Shown here piece by piece: positions 10,861 to 23,452 of a stretch of 35,399 nt of DNA. The notes under the pieces are model-generated. The model had not been told where the DNA came from. It did not search any database and worked only from the letters and a program-made list of their open reading frames with translations. This DNA is from Psammoneis japonica (lineage: Eukaryota): contig QPGO01000375.1 in the NCBI GenBank assembly GCA_008632985.1, positions 1 to 35,399 on the forward strand. The letters run 5' to 3'. The first letter of the stretch is position 1. Every line of letters starts with the position of its first letter. A program made the position numbers and the translations under genes.

Positions 10861-13209
10861 TGAAGGCCCATCATTCAACAAACCCTGTCATGTGACTGTC
10901 ACTCCATCATTGGCACGTTGATGCATCTGGCATTCAACAGCTGCCAGACATTGCTTGTGCCACTCACAAAGTCACCCAGTTCTCCTGTGCTCCCAAGGCC
11001 TCTCACATGCTGTTGCTGTCAAGCCCATTCTTCATTGCTTGAAGGACACTGTTGACAAGGGGCTTGTCCCAGCACCCACTGCAGATCATGGGCCAGACTG
11101 CTGGGTTGAAGCTGATTTTGTGGAACTCTTCTGCATTGAAAATTGACAAGACCCAATTTCCATCCATCAAGTCATGCTCCACACATGTCATGTGCCATGT
11201 AAGATGTCCCATCATCTGGGTGTCCAAGCTGCAGACCCTGGTGGCAGGCCACTTTCTATGATGGAACCTGAGCATGTGGTTTTTTCCCAAGTGTGATGTG
11301 TGATCTCACACCCCTTTGCAAGATCTTGAAGGAAATCAACATGCATGTTTTCATGTAGCCGGACATCCGGAAATAGGTTGCCACTCATGCCAAGGCTTTC
11401 CTGCTGGCCAACAACAGCACTGATGCCTCACCCATCAACACCACCAACCTGCCAGCATGTGTTGTGTTCAAAGACAATGCTGCTTGTTTCCAACTTGCTG
11501 ATGTGCCAAAACTGTCCCCACCAACCAAGCACATCAGCATTCCCCACACCGCTGGTTTTGTGCTGAAGTTGAAGCTCTGGAAACAAAGATCAAGCCAGCC
11601 AGGTGCCAGTGACTGGCAGCTCTTCTTCTCTTTTTGGATGAAAGGGAGAGTCATGAGTCCAATTCATGGATGGCGATTGCTCATTGTGTCATTGATTTGT
11701 CACATGTCTTCTCCCCTGGAAGAAACATCCATTGAATCTTCTGGTGGCAGTGGTGAGAGTGACATCATTGACAATTGGTCAAAACTGTTGCTCATGTCCA
11801 AGTGAGAGATTTTCTCAAAATTTGCATCTTTGGTGCATCTTGTTGTCCCCCTTGCAATGACAATCCTCTGTTGGTCTCCCACAGGAACAGTTGCATCCCC
11901 AGTCTTCTGACAGTTCAGTGGTGATGACCTTTTGCTGTGACAACAAAACATGCATGGTGCCAAAGCAATTTCAGCTGCCATTGGGAGCAGCAATCAAGGA
12001 AGGTCTTGGGTTTTAGCTTTCTGGCCAAACCGTGTCAATTGATGGTGCAAACATCATGCAACCTTTTTGAGACCTCGCACCTGCCTCTCTTCCACCAGGG
12101 ATTGAGAAGGTTCACTCTGTTCAGTGGAGCCCTGCATTTTGCTTCATTGAGAATGCACATTCAAAGCAGAGAATGACAACTTGCTGTCACTTGGTGCCGA
12201 TTTGGATTTTGATGAAATTTGCTGCACCAAGTGTGTCAAGCAACCAAAGGAGCATGCCTCACACTGTTTTGCTGAAAATGGAGATCCCGTGGGACAGAGC
12301 CTTGGAACTGGGAGCAACTGAGCCAGTTGTTCAATGATGCAGAAGTGGCACCAAGTTGGACAAGAGATTTTTGAAAGCTGGTGCCAACTGCAACAAACCT
12401 TGGTGTGCTGCAACTCACAAAAAGCACGGTCCTTGCATCACAAAACATCCATGTCGCCCATGCAGATGCCTTGAGAATGAAAGTGTGGTGGAATCAAGAG
12501 TGGGAGAAGATGATGTATTTGCCAGAGCTTTCAGTGGTGCAGAGGATGGAATTGCTGATGAAATGCAAAAGAGAGACAATGCCATCCGCGCTGGTGATGG
12601 AGTGAGCACTGATGGAACTCTTCTTTTTGCCCATGAGTGAAATGGCATTGAATGGAATCATGGCAATGATTCATTTTTGGCACGAGTGTCACATGAGGAA
12701 AAAGTTGGTGTCATGCAATTGTGTCTCCGATTCTGCTGGTGCTGGTGCTGTTGGAGTGGGTGAAGGGAGGGGACCAAACCAACTCAACCCAGTTCATGTC
12801 CAATTGTTGGATGCACTTGCTGTCACACTGTTCCTGATCACAAGTGCAAAAACAAGCATTTTGCAATGAGTGTGTCTGCTGCATGTGTGCGCAACATTGT
12901 GGAGCTTGATGAGTGCAAGCAATGAACTGAGCATGCATTGTTCAATTGCATGAAAAGGCAGTGACCAGATGTTTTACATTTAATTGGTGCAATGTCATCA
13001 TTGCATTTTACTTTTACAATGGGGTCACAAGAAAAGGTGCCAGTGGTCAATTTGTTCTCTTTTCAAGGCTGCTGCGGACATTCATTTGTTGTTTGAGGGG
13101 GTTGTTCTTTGAGAAAATCTTGATCATGTGAGAGGCATCATGCTGTTTCATGTTCATTTTCATAAAAGCAATGGGTCTTGTAATTGAGTGAATCAATCCC
13201 ATTAAAACA

Positions 13210-13412
13210 TGCCAAAAGTGTGTCCACAAAACAAATCAGCAATGAAACATGATCCATTCAAAAAATGTGAGACGATCCTCAAGTGGATCTCTTGGTCTTC
13301 CACCAATGTCCTCAGAATGTCAAAGACATTGTCACGAAGTCTCACTTTCTGAGAACCAAACTGACAAACACGTCAGTCACTTTGTCCACCCAACAATGGA
13401 CAGACTAAATTG
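13210..13412 (-). repeat. 3' LTR of copia B
   Basis: Direct repeat of 20473-20668 (shared ccaatgtcctcagaatgtcaaagacattgtcac and ccaacaatggacagactaaa). Abuts the PPT. Confidence 0.9.
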
Positions 13413-13422
13413 CTCCCCTCAA
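13413..13422 (-). other. Polypurine tract of copia B (TTGAGGGGAG)
   Basis: Plus-strand ctcccctcaa directly next to the 3' LTR. Typical copia PPT. Confidence 0.85.
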
Positions 13423-13619
13423 TCTAGACTTGGTCATGCCATGAAGCTAGATTGCTGACAAAGGGACTCATCAACATCATGTGATGGCAAATTTCAAACA
13501 AACATCCACCAAATGGGAAACTCCAAACAAAAACCAATGGCACCGGCAGGGAACTCCAAATAAATCCCTCTGCATTGGCAGGTGGTTCAGCCAACAACAG
13601 CCTGCTCCACCTTCCCACC

Positions 13620-14830
13620 AAGACAGTGCTGCATCATTCCCAAGAACCGATTGCATTTCTCCTCAGATGGAAGCACCTTGGTCAGTGGATGACTGGAACT
13701 TGAGTGCTTGTTGACACACGCCATCCACCACTCATCACATGCTGCACCCTCACAGACAAAGTGGCATGCCAGACTGTGACATCTCTTCTTCAATGTTGAG
13801 TCGGGGATGGAGGTGTTTGCCAGGACAGACTGGTTGTCCCCCATGACACAAGCTGGTCCAAAGACCGGAATTCCCATCATTCGCAGCTTGCATTGCTGCA
13901 TGCTGGTGAACTCGGAGCATGCTGCAGAAAAAATTGTGAAATGCGTGCACACAACAACACGCCATTTCGGCATTCTGGATGATGATTTTTTGATGCGGCA
14001 GATTTGTGACAGCACACTTGCAATCATGAAACTCAAGCAATGCCCCAATCAAAAACCATCTTTACCAACCAGAAGGACAGCAGGTCTCACCATGCGTTGA
14101 GCTGCTGTCATGGGCCAATGGGGCAATGTCTTTCACCGCCATGGCTGGTTGTTGATTTGCAGATTTGCGACCACACGTAGGATCCACATGAATCATGACA
14201 GTGCACGCTCTCGTTTTTCACACTTTGGGGAGAGGGTGTGCTGTTATGAAGTGTGTAGAAAATTGCACATGTAAAAAACATGCTGAAAACAAACCACATG
14301 GGAAACATGAAGAAAAATGAAAGTGGGTCACGTGCATGCGTGAAGTGCTGCATGCACAGCAGACTGCACATGTGCAAAGACACAAGCATGTGAGTGAGGA
14401 GGACAAAGTTAAAACCAAGTTCAAATTGATCACAATCAAAAGGAAACCAAACCATGCATCACAAAAATTGGATTTTGATCCCAACTGAATTGAACATTGC
14501 ATGCATTTGATTGAAGCTTGTGCAAGAAAAGTTAACGAAACATCAGATAAAATGCAAAAAACAGCTGCATTTTGTTGAGCACTTTTGCCAGCATTTTTTA
14601 AATTCTGCTTGTTAAAAATCTTGACAATGCACATTAAAAAATTTACAAAGGAAAGTGGAAACCACCACATTGCAGCCTCTGATGGACCCAAATGAGCTTG
14701 TTTCAATGCTTGTCCACTTCTTAGACATCCAGTGCACAGGGGAAGAGTTGAGACATGTGAGAAAACCAGTGTGCAAAGGATGAGCAATCAAGTCAACTGC
14801 ATGGTTCACATCCACAAAAGCTCGTATGAC
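13620..14830 (-). pseudogene. pol: Copia B RNase H, split by an insertion
   Basis: IRAFVDVNHA..HTGFL..SKKWTSIETSSFGS | EFTSMQQCKLRMMGIPV..GDNQSVLANTSIPDSTLKK..HFVCEG..LTKVLP. Confidence 0.92.
13917..14683. mobile_element. ~770-bp unclassified non-coding insertion in copia B RNase H
   Basis: Splits SSFGS|EF. GGA occurs at both junctions (13914-13916, 14684-14686). More AT-rich than the flanks. No convincing TIR. Confidence 0.7.
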
Positions 14831-15950
14831 CATGCCAAAACCTCTGGCTTGAGGCATGTTGGCAGGCATCTCCTCCCATGCAGCAAGGCCAAATTTGGAG
14901 GTTGTCCAGTCCTGTTGCACAAACAGCACTTCATCAACAACAGGGTCACTGGGATCAAACACCGTCTCCATGTTGTGGTGCTTCCTGAGGTGCAAGAAGA
15001 CATGGTGCACCTGTTTGAGGTGTCCCTCTCATGGCAGTGCCAAGTGCAAGGACATCGACACTTCAAGACAGATGTCGATGTGCCCAAGCTCAACCATCCA
15101 ATGCAGGACACCAATGAGTGACTGACAGTGGGCTGCACCCACCAGTGACAGTTCCATGCTGGTGTGAAGTTCAGGACAACATGAGCTGCTGAGAGGAGTT
15201 GGGGCTTTGGCTGGCAGCTTCTTGCCCTTTGATGCCAGGCAAGTCTCCACATTCTTGACCACTGCCTGGGTGTGCTGAGAAGAGCTGAAAGCCCATGCCT
15301 TGACTCCATTCTGAAGCTCTGCTTTTTGCAAGTGGCCACCCCGACACAAGCTGGGAGGTCCAATCAAGGCCTTCTTTGGCAAAAAGCACTTGCCAATCTT
15401 GTTCTGCAGGATCTTCTTGGCATTGTTCGAGATGCACAGCACATGTCAGTGTGCAGGAGAACATGCTCCCAATGCTCAGTGCTGTTTTCCTTAAGAGCCG
15501 CATGCATGCACACATCAGGATTAGCCCTGCAAGGCTCAAATCCAAGGTGTGACATGCACGCACAAAGATGATTAAGAAAGTCATGCCCAGCCAACTTGCC
15601 TCCATGCAAAGCATGGCAAATGAGAGCACGCTTGCCCACATTCTCAATGCCAAATTCAGGGCCACATGTGATGTGGTGCTTCTGAGACAATGGAGCCTGC
15701 AAGCACGTGTTCTGGATGTCCAGCTGCCATCACATCAACAATGTCGTTCAGGGCAGCACACGTCAGTGCGATTTGGACACTCTCCCTGGATGCAACCCCA
15801 GCATGCATCAAACCCTTGGAGCTGGAGGTCTTGTGTTCATCAAGCACCCATCTGGCCTTCCTGTCCATGGTCATCTTGACATCAAAGAACAAGTGGCCAG
15901 ACTGCTTGGACCATCCAACTGGAGTTGGGGTGTCATCATCAAGGATCTTG
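14830..15950 (-). pseudogene. pol: Copia B reverse transcriptase remnant
   Basis: FFDVKMTMDRKARWVLDEHKT; GPEFGIENVGKRALICHALHGGKLAGHDFLNHL; ANPDVCM; EHVLLHTD (cf. EYVLLYTDD, ~15445-15468); QSLIGVLHWMVELGHIDI. Confidence 0.93.
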
Positions 15951-16129
15951 AATGCAACAACACATTGTGCATCACCTTTTCAATTGCATTCTCCCACAGC
16001 TTGTTGCTGTTCTGGCAATCAAGTTCTAACGCTTTTTCAACAGCGCCAGGAAGCTTGACTCTGCACTTGTGTGTTGCACATGCACCTTGACTGCCAACAC
16101 TGTGACATCTTGCTTGGGCAGTGTGCAAG

Positions 16130-16310
16130 GCACCCACCATCGGAAGGCCGGCTTGTCATCTGTGCCCTTTGCCTTGGAAAACTTGGCCGTTTCCACTGGG
16201 TGAGATTCCTTCATGTCCTTAAGGGAGACCTGTGACTCGGTCCCATCCTTCCACAGCACCAGGAACTTCCATCCACAGGTCATCTTGCACACATGTTGCC
16301 ACTTGCCAAC
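16130..16310 (-). other. Chromo-like module between integrase and RT of copia B
   Basis: GWKFLVLWKDGTESQVSLKDMKESHPVETAKF..DKPAFRWWVP fits a chromo-type V-x-W-K-D-G-x-x-S/T-W pattern. Confidence 0.6.
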
Positions 16311-16819
16311 CTTGGCACACATGTTGTCCTTGGTCACAGCAGTGTCATCCTTGGCAAAATTGAGTGCACTGTCAAAAACATTGAGTTTGTGGCCTTCGGA
16401 GTCAACTTGAGAGAGCAAGTTCTCTGTGATGACATTGGCAGCATGCTCTTTCACAGCCCTGCCAGGAAACTTGCCTTGGCACACCAAGGTGTTCACGATT
16501 GGGTTGTCACTGTGAGTGTGCCAACAGTGCAACTGTCTGGATCCACAGCACGGCCAATGACTTTGGCTTGTTGGATCTTGTCACCTTGAGGCAGGATGAT
16601 CTCAGCATGAATCATCTTGTCATGCAAGGGAGCAGGGTTGATTGCACTCCCTTCAGCATCAACAAGGTTGTCAAGCTCAGGGAGATTGCATGGCTTCTTG
16701 TCTTCATCACCATGTGGAACAAATTGCTTGCCCACAGAAGACACAGGGCAGGCTGCAGATCCCCAATGCGACTTGACACATTGGTCAAAAATGTCTTATT
16801 TCTGTTTCTTGGTCTCACT

Positions 16820-17690
16820 GTTCAGCTCAGAAACCACCAGGCATCACATGACAGAATGCCACAGAACAACATTTCCATTGCCCTTGAGAATCCATTTGGC
16901 CATTTCATTGCCCTCCCCTTTTGCAGGACCAAGCACATGTCCAAGGACCTCACAATCAAAGTGAAATGGGTTAGTGTGCTCACAAAAGCAGTGCCACTCA
17001 TGCCATCCAAACTGAGCAAGGTTGGAGATGTCACCCTCCTCCCCTGTCATGGAGAAGTGTGGATTCCTTCCCTCAAGTTGGAACAGGTTAGGAGCCATCA
17101 GGTTGTTGATGCAGGCTTGTTGCTCAAAATGGCAGTCCCAGAAAGGAAGGGGACAGAGTGAATCCTTCACATCCTTGCAGACCGCTTCCTTCAACAAGCT
17201 GACACAGAGCTCAGCACAATTCAACCATGGCATTCCTTCCTCCAGCAGTTGCAGGCCAGTTCCCACAGAGTGAAGGAATTGGCAAATCTTGTCGAATTTC
17301 TCTGCTGAATCACTGTCGCAGATGATTGTCTCCAGTGCACCCACTTCCTTGGCAAACATCTTGAGAGCCTGGGGGGAATCTCAGAACAAGCATGCATTTG
17401 CATGACGCAGACAAAGCCTTTGTTGGCAATGAACAGCTGCATGCATGAGCAGCCCCAAGCAGACTTTCCAGCCTTCTTGGTTGCAAAGAAGGTGTCCATG
17501 AAAAAGTGTTGGGCAATTTGGCGATGTCACAACATCCTGTGATTTGCGGAGCAGTTTTGAAAGAGTGAGGGGTCCTCCAAATGACACAGGAGCTGGGCAG
17601 TGTTGTTGACAGTTCGCTCAGCATCCTTGGTGCTTGTCCTCCAGATCTTGGTCAGGTGTGCTGGAGATGCACCCTTGGACTTAGATGCCG
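16820..17690 (-). pseudogene. pol: Copia B integrase remnant
   Basis: MDTFFATKKAGKS..CMQLFIANKGF; FAKEVGALETIICD; EEGMPWLNCAELCVSLLKEAV; NLFQLEG; VLGPAKGEGNEMAKWILKGNG. Confidence 0.92.
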
Positions 17691-18249
17691 TGGTCCCTCC
17701 AACACTGAAATCGGGGTCGGATTCGAAGCATTCCATCAGATCTTCAACAATGTCTTCAAGTTGGACATCCTCAAAATGTCAAATCAACATTTTCATCTTG
17801 ATCTGAGTCATCAGTGGGTCCCGCTGCCATGGATCCCACTGAGGAGGCAAAGACCCCAACATCACGTCTGTCCTGCAAACCTTTGTCAAGTGAGACAGGG
17901 TCAACAGTGGCAGACATGTCACACACATTGGCGTGGGAGCTGTCAACTTCACGAATGGCCCTGTGACATCCCCTCAAGTCATCACAAGCTTCAACCTGAT
18001 CAACTGATGACAGGTTGCGATCAACAACACAAGATTTGATGCTTGACATGACAGAGGAGAGTTGGAACTCCATCTGGCAGATCTTCCACCAGAATCTGGA
18101 TCTGATCTCACTTGTTGAACATGTTCCCTCCCAGCCCAACATGCTCTCTTTGTTGCAAGTGCAGGCATCTGAGCAAGGGTTCCAAGAGTGTCCTGACAGA
18201 GTGAGCACCAGCATCTCTCCGGCATTTTGCATCTCCTGCAGTGTTGGAC

Positions 18250-18660
18250 ATCTGGGTGGAAAGCAAGAGAATGTGCCCCACAGAGATGAGGGAATCCTTG
18301 CTTTCATCTCTGGGAATGGCAGGGCATGGTCATCCTCCATGGGTTTGTGTTCTTTCACTTGGGTCTTTGGCATGTTGTTGACAATTGCCCCCACTTCTCA
18401 TGGCACAAAGGGTGGCGGCAAGTTGTGGTCCATTGCCGGGATGCACAGGGCATTGTGCAGAACAAGCAGGTGCATCTTCAATGAGTGAGGACAGTCATGC
18501 ACAAGCAGCACACCCACAATCCCGATGTCCTTCATTGATTCACACTTGGGACTGAAGGGACTGACATGAGCTGTGCAACAGGCATCATTTCAGGACAAAA
18601 GATCCCTTGCCAACAATGACCATGTTAGCATGTGAGTCCAGTTTGGTGCACCATTTGCTT
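18250..18660 (-). pseudogene. pol: Copia B aspartic protease remnant
   Basis: TKLDSHANMVIVG at ~18608-18648 (cf. ELDSHAN), followed by VNNMPKTQV..EDDHAL. Confidence 0.85.
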
Positions 18661-18829
18661 TCATCTCAAGTCTCTTTTGTTGTCTTCACTGTGACATCAG
18701 AGATTGCATGACGAGTGATGAACTCAAGTGCAGAATGATTGGGAACAGGCAACTGCAATTCCATGGCACAAAAGGCACAACTTCTCCCCTCAAGCAAACA
18801 GACATGGGAACAAAGCACCATCCCCACCT

Positions 18830-20435
18830 TTCATTTCTTGTCTCTGGCATGACACAGAATGGACTGCAATGAGACAGAGGGTGGCTTGAACTGGACCAAT
18901 GCTGCCTGAGCAGGGGCTGCAGTGGGGGTTAGAGGTGGCAGAGGGGGAAGTGGCTGAGGAGCAGACAATGCAGCCTGAACAAGGGAGAGCAGGTGGGCTC
19001 TGGGCCTTGATGTTGTCAGACTCAGGATCGGGCTGTTCCTCTTTCTTGCCACGGGAAGCTGGCTCAGAGGCCACGGCTTCTGAAATCATTCTCTTGGTCT
19101 TCTTGTGTTGGCCACACCCTGCCACTGGCAATTTTGGGTCCTTCTTCTGAGACAAAGTCCCTTGAATCTCACACCATTCCTTCAGTTCAGCCTTCTGTTT
19201 AGAGCTCAGTTTCTGGCATTTGGTCACAGTGTGGTGCCAGAGTTCCACGCCTGTGCTGCCCATGCCGGACTTGACAGTGCTGGAGTCAATTGCAGAAACT
19301 TCAGTGTGAGGATGTTTTGCAGCACGCTTCTTCACCACAGGGTCGCAGGGCAGAAGATGGGTGGCTGCGGCCTCCAAGTCACTTCATTTCCCATTTGGTC
19401 CTGTGTCACTGGGGACTAAAGCCATGGCAGCCTGCCAAGGCACATCGGACATTTTGATGGCATCCAGGAGACACGTGACACATGCACACTTGTTCAGAAG
19501 CTGGTGGGTGACATGTTCCATGCACTGTTGCATGGAGACAAAGGCACCGCAATGCTGAGCATCAAACTGATCAAGAGAGAAGCTTGATTGAGCTCTCCAC
19601 TTGCAAGTGTGGATGAAATCCTCTTGCTTCTTGAGTTTGGCCACCCACTTGTCCTTGCCATCATGCTGCAATGTCAGTGCAATCCACACACCTCTTTCAT
19701 CCTTCCTGTGCTGAAAGGGCTTGATTGAAGCTGCAGCCGAAGTCCCACAAGTGGCTTCTTTGAGTCCATGATGCACTGAGGAGTTGTCCTCTCGAAACAA
19801 TGGGTGAGCATGGCTTGACCAAGCTGCAAGCTTGTCCTCAACAGAACCATGTGCTGTTGAGTGTGGTTGATTTACAGCAAGCACTGGCACTGCAGGGTCA
19901 ACCGTGATGGTCTTTTGGGCAACACACTAGAGTGGAACAACCCAACCTCTGATTGCACAATCCAGGTGATCACGGAACACTTTGGTCTACTTTGCAACAG
20001 GTGGCAACTTGGCATCCTTGGGACATGCAGGTCATCCTTGTCTTTCCTGCCTTTTGAGTGCCTTCCAGGCCTTCTGGAAGTTCTTGAGGACCGGATTCTA
20101 ACGCATGTTGGTGGCAGACAGCTTGAGGCCAGCAGCCTCACAGTGCTGCCCTGCCTGTCCAGCAACCTTGAGATGCATCATGCTCTTGGCTCAATGACAA
20201 ATGCTGGTGTTTGAATGACAGCGCCAGCAGCTGCACCAGGGTTGGGGTCTGGGACAGCACCCCCTGGGCATTTGAGGTTCTTAAAAACTTGGTTGAGACC
20301 ATCCTCATTGAAGTCAGTCAGGTCGGCAACTTGTTTGAGACCTTCAACCACCAGTTGCAACTGAGTTGCATTGGGCAGACCTGTTTGGTCATTGTCATCA
20401 AAGAACGAGGTGGTCGGTGCTGTGTCAAACACCAT
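18830..20435 (-). pseudogene. gag: Copia B gag remnant
   Basis: MVFDTAPTTSFF..VPDPNPGAAAGA; HGSVEDKL..HPLFREDN..SIKPFQHRKD..AFVSMQQCMEHV; HLLPCDPVVKKR..GSTGVEL. Confidence 0.88.
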
Positions 20436-20458
20436 GATTGCTTCAGTGAGTCAAGGTG

Positions 20459-20472
20459 TGGCTCTGATGAAG
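20459..20472 (-). other. PBS-like motif of copia B (tRNA-iMet type, degenerate)
   Basis: Minus strand cttcATCAGAGCCA right after the 5' LTR, versus canonical TGGTATCAGAGC. Confidence 0.55.
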
Positions 20473-20668
20473 TGCTGAAAGTGTGTTAATGGAACAAATC
20501 AGCAACAAAACATGATCTGTTCAAATTGTGAGCAGATCATCAAATGAATCTCTTGGTCTTCTGCCAATGTCCTCAGAATGTCAAAGACATTGTCACAAAT
20601 TCTTACTTTCTGAGAATGGACAAATGCATCAGTCACTTTGTCTGTCCAACAATGGACAGACTAAAACA
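20473..20668 (-). repeat. 5' LTR of copia B
   Basis: Minus strand TGttttag...ttcagCA. Direct repeat of 13210-13412. Confidence 0.9.
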
Positions 20669-20879
20669 GAATTTTATGAGATCTCAGTGCCAGGGATGTT
20701 CACACATCATGCGTGGAGACCTGAAGCACAATGCACTCAGCTGTGATTCTTGGCTGTTGCGGTTGTTGTTGCATTGTTTGTCACATGCCGTTCTGCTCAT
20801 GCCGCCAGTCTCTCATTGCCCGTTGTGCAAAATGTCAGCTCCTCCTGCACCAAACAGAGCACTGCTGAACATGGTGTAA

Positions 20880-21800
20880 GAGCAATGTTGTTTCCACCCA
20901 TGAAGTCCATGCCAAAGGAAGGAAAATGCTCAAACAGCAGAGTGTCAGTTTGTTCAAGACAATGGCTGCTGGAGGTTGAAAAGTTGAAGCCCACAGATGC
21001 TGTTTGTCAAGATGTTGTGGCCAAGGCCATGGAAGCTGTAAAAAAAAAAGAAATGGAAAACCTGAGTGAAGAGAGGCACAAGACCTTTTGCAAAGATGCA
21101 GATGCACTTCAGCAGCAAATTGTGGCATTGTGTGAGGTTGTCAACAAAACAAAGATTGAAGTCAATGATGCAAAATGGACAGGCTTTAAGAGCTCAGCCA
21201 AGTGCCAGATTGCAATGAAAAGATTGAAAACTTTAGAGCTTGCATTGACGTGGAAAGAAATGTGCAATGATGCTGTGCAAAATGTGCTGAACAACTTCCA
21301 GGCCCACAAAGAAGCCAAGAAGGAGAAAGAGAAAGAAGAGGAAAGCAGAGTAGAGCAACAAAAGAAGCTTCAGCAGGTGTGCAAAAGCATTTCACCACAT
21401 TCTTGTTTGGCAGTGCATCAGCCACAGAGGAGAACAGCTGGTTGGCAGCAATGGCCATGAACAATGATGGTGCAGAAGTTTCTTTGGACATCTCAGATCT
21501 AAGAACACATCTTCAAGAGCTTGACCAAGAGCAAAGAAAACTGCAAAGAAAAACAGGACAGAATGCAGAGTCAGTGTTGGCAAAGGTGCCAAAGAGTTGA
21601 GAGCTGCTGCCAAGTTCAACTGGCTTGTTGGCGAGAAAAGAAAGCACACAAGAAGCAGCAGCCACAAGAAATTTGAGAGAGAAAACAAGAAACAAAACAG
21701 TGCAAGCATTTCAGGGCATCTTTGTTGCTCCATGTGCAACCTGCCTTCGCACAACAAGTGATCAATGACCCAGCATTTTGATGATGAGAAGCACCAGCCA
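20880..21800 (+). pseudogene. Degenerate coiled-coil protein ORF, unknown family
   Basis: K/E/Q-rich helical frames 20750-21460 and 21379-21600, joined by a frameshift and followed by stops. Confidence 0.4.
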
Positions 21801-23036
21801 GCAATTGCCACAAAACAAATGGCAACAAAGGGACCCAATCAGCTGCAGCAGCCCATCCAAGAACTTTGCAGGCATCAAGCACAGAACCACTCAGCTGGCT
21901 GCTCTGTGTCTTTTGAGCCTGAGCTCTTCATCATTGTCACCTGGCCAGCATGTCACCAGGAATGCTTGGGAGATTCTCACCTTTTGTAGACAGTGTGTTG
22001 CCATCAGCTTTGACCCCAGGTTGTGCAAAAAATCTGCCTCACATCTGTGGACAAGTGGCACATGATGAGCTCAGGAACAAATGCAAAAGTGCTTTCTTGA
22101 ATTTGGGGAACATCAGATGGCACATCAGCCAGGGCTGAGGCAGAAGTTGAAGTTTGTTTTGTGACAAAAGATCACAACATCATTGAGCCACTGGTCAAGG
22201 TCAATCTTTTTGACAAAAGGCTCAGTGCAGAGAACACAGTGAACAATTTGGCCAACATGATCAAAAATTGCCACAGGGTTGGATCCAGTTAATTGGCAGT
22301 GAAGGACCTTCTAAATGAACTGGTCACTGAAGCAAGCTGTGTGTGTGCCACACAGATGCAGTGCTGATCAATGACAGCCTTTTTCCAATGTTGTCAGTGC
22401 TTTGAGATTTAACAACTGCACAAATCCATTGCCTCTGTGTGGCACTCTCACATTGCTGTTGCCCTTGTTGAGTGCAGAGTGACCAAGCATGCCAATGTCA
22501 AGGAAAACACTCAGCACAAGTGTCTTCTCTCTCAGTTGAAAAGCACTCTCAAGAACTTGCAGCAAAAGATCGTGCATGACATTTTTGAGGCTCGCATGTT
22601 TAAACACTGAGCAGCAAGTGCTGTCACTTGCTTGAGCACCAGCAGCAGGTGACAGCTGCAAATGTGTGCAACAGTGAGTTTCATTTCTGTCACTTGTCTC
22701 TAATTGCTTCTGTTGCAGCTGCCAGCTCATCATGAGTGCATTGCAACATTTTGGTGTGATGCCACATAGAGTCATCCTTGTGAATTCTACACAATTTTCA
22801 AACTGCATGTTTTTGCACATTGAGTGCAAAGTGAGCCCCAAAAACTCAAAAGCACCCCCGCACATTTAGCCAGTCCTTGTTGGTGGTCTGTTGTGATGGA
22901 CAGAGCCACAACTTAAAGGCTGCAACCACCATCTTTCTCGTGCAACTTGCTCGGCCTTTCCACTGCCCCCAACCAGGCAATGGCATCACGCACCCAATTT
23001 TTCAAATCTTTCATGCTTCCATGTGTTAGAGCATCA

Positions 23037-23366
23037 AGATCAAGGGGAACACAAGACACCTGGAAATGTTGAAGACAACATGTTGAAGCCCCTGACTTGG
23101 TGAATTTGGCGACTCTTTGCACCTGGAATTTCATCATCACCCATCTCACTCACCTTTCAGTTTGTCTCACTTTTTAGAGTGAATCATCTAGTTTGCAAGA
23201 GATTGCCTTTGTTGTCACTGGGCACGTGTTGTGATGCAAGTTTGAAGTTTGCAATGACACTTCCATTTAAACCACAGCCAACAGAGCAACCAGGGCAAGT
23301 GTGATGAGTGGCACCGGAAGCCTCACAGGATTCCTTTTTGGTCACATTGATTTGTTGGTTCAACAC
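23037..23366 (+). repeat. ~330-bp dispersed repeat, copy 1 (copy 2 at 33743-34070)
   Basis: Shared agatcaaggggaacacaaga.acctggaaatgttgaaga.aacatgttgaagcccctgac ... ggttcaacac. Confidence 0.9.
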
Positions 23367-23452
23367 TCATCCCAAAGAGTCAAAAGCACTTTGTTCAGTG
23401 CTGGCACAAACTGGCTTTTGTGCAGTCATCTGGTGTTAGATCCTTGCACAAC

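Larger units (their letters stand above)
13210..20668 (-). mobile_element. Full-length but hypermutated Ty1/copia (CoDi-like) retrotransposon B
   Basis: Two ~200-bp LTRs, PBS-like and PPT motifs, and gag-PR-IN-RT-RH in order. No TSD recognisable. Confidence 0.95.

Noticed and set aside
13205..20673. TSD of copia B
   Set aside because: The flanks aaaca and gaatt match at only 2 of 5 positions.
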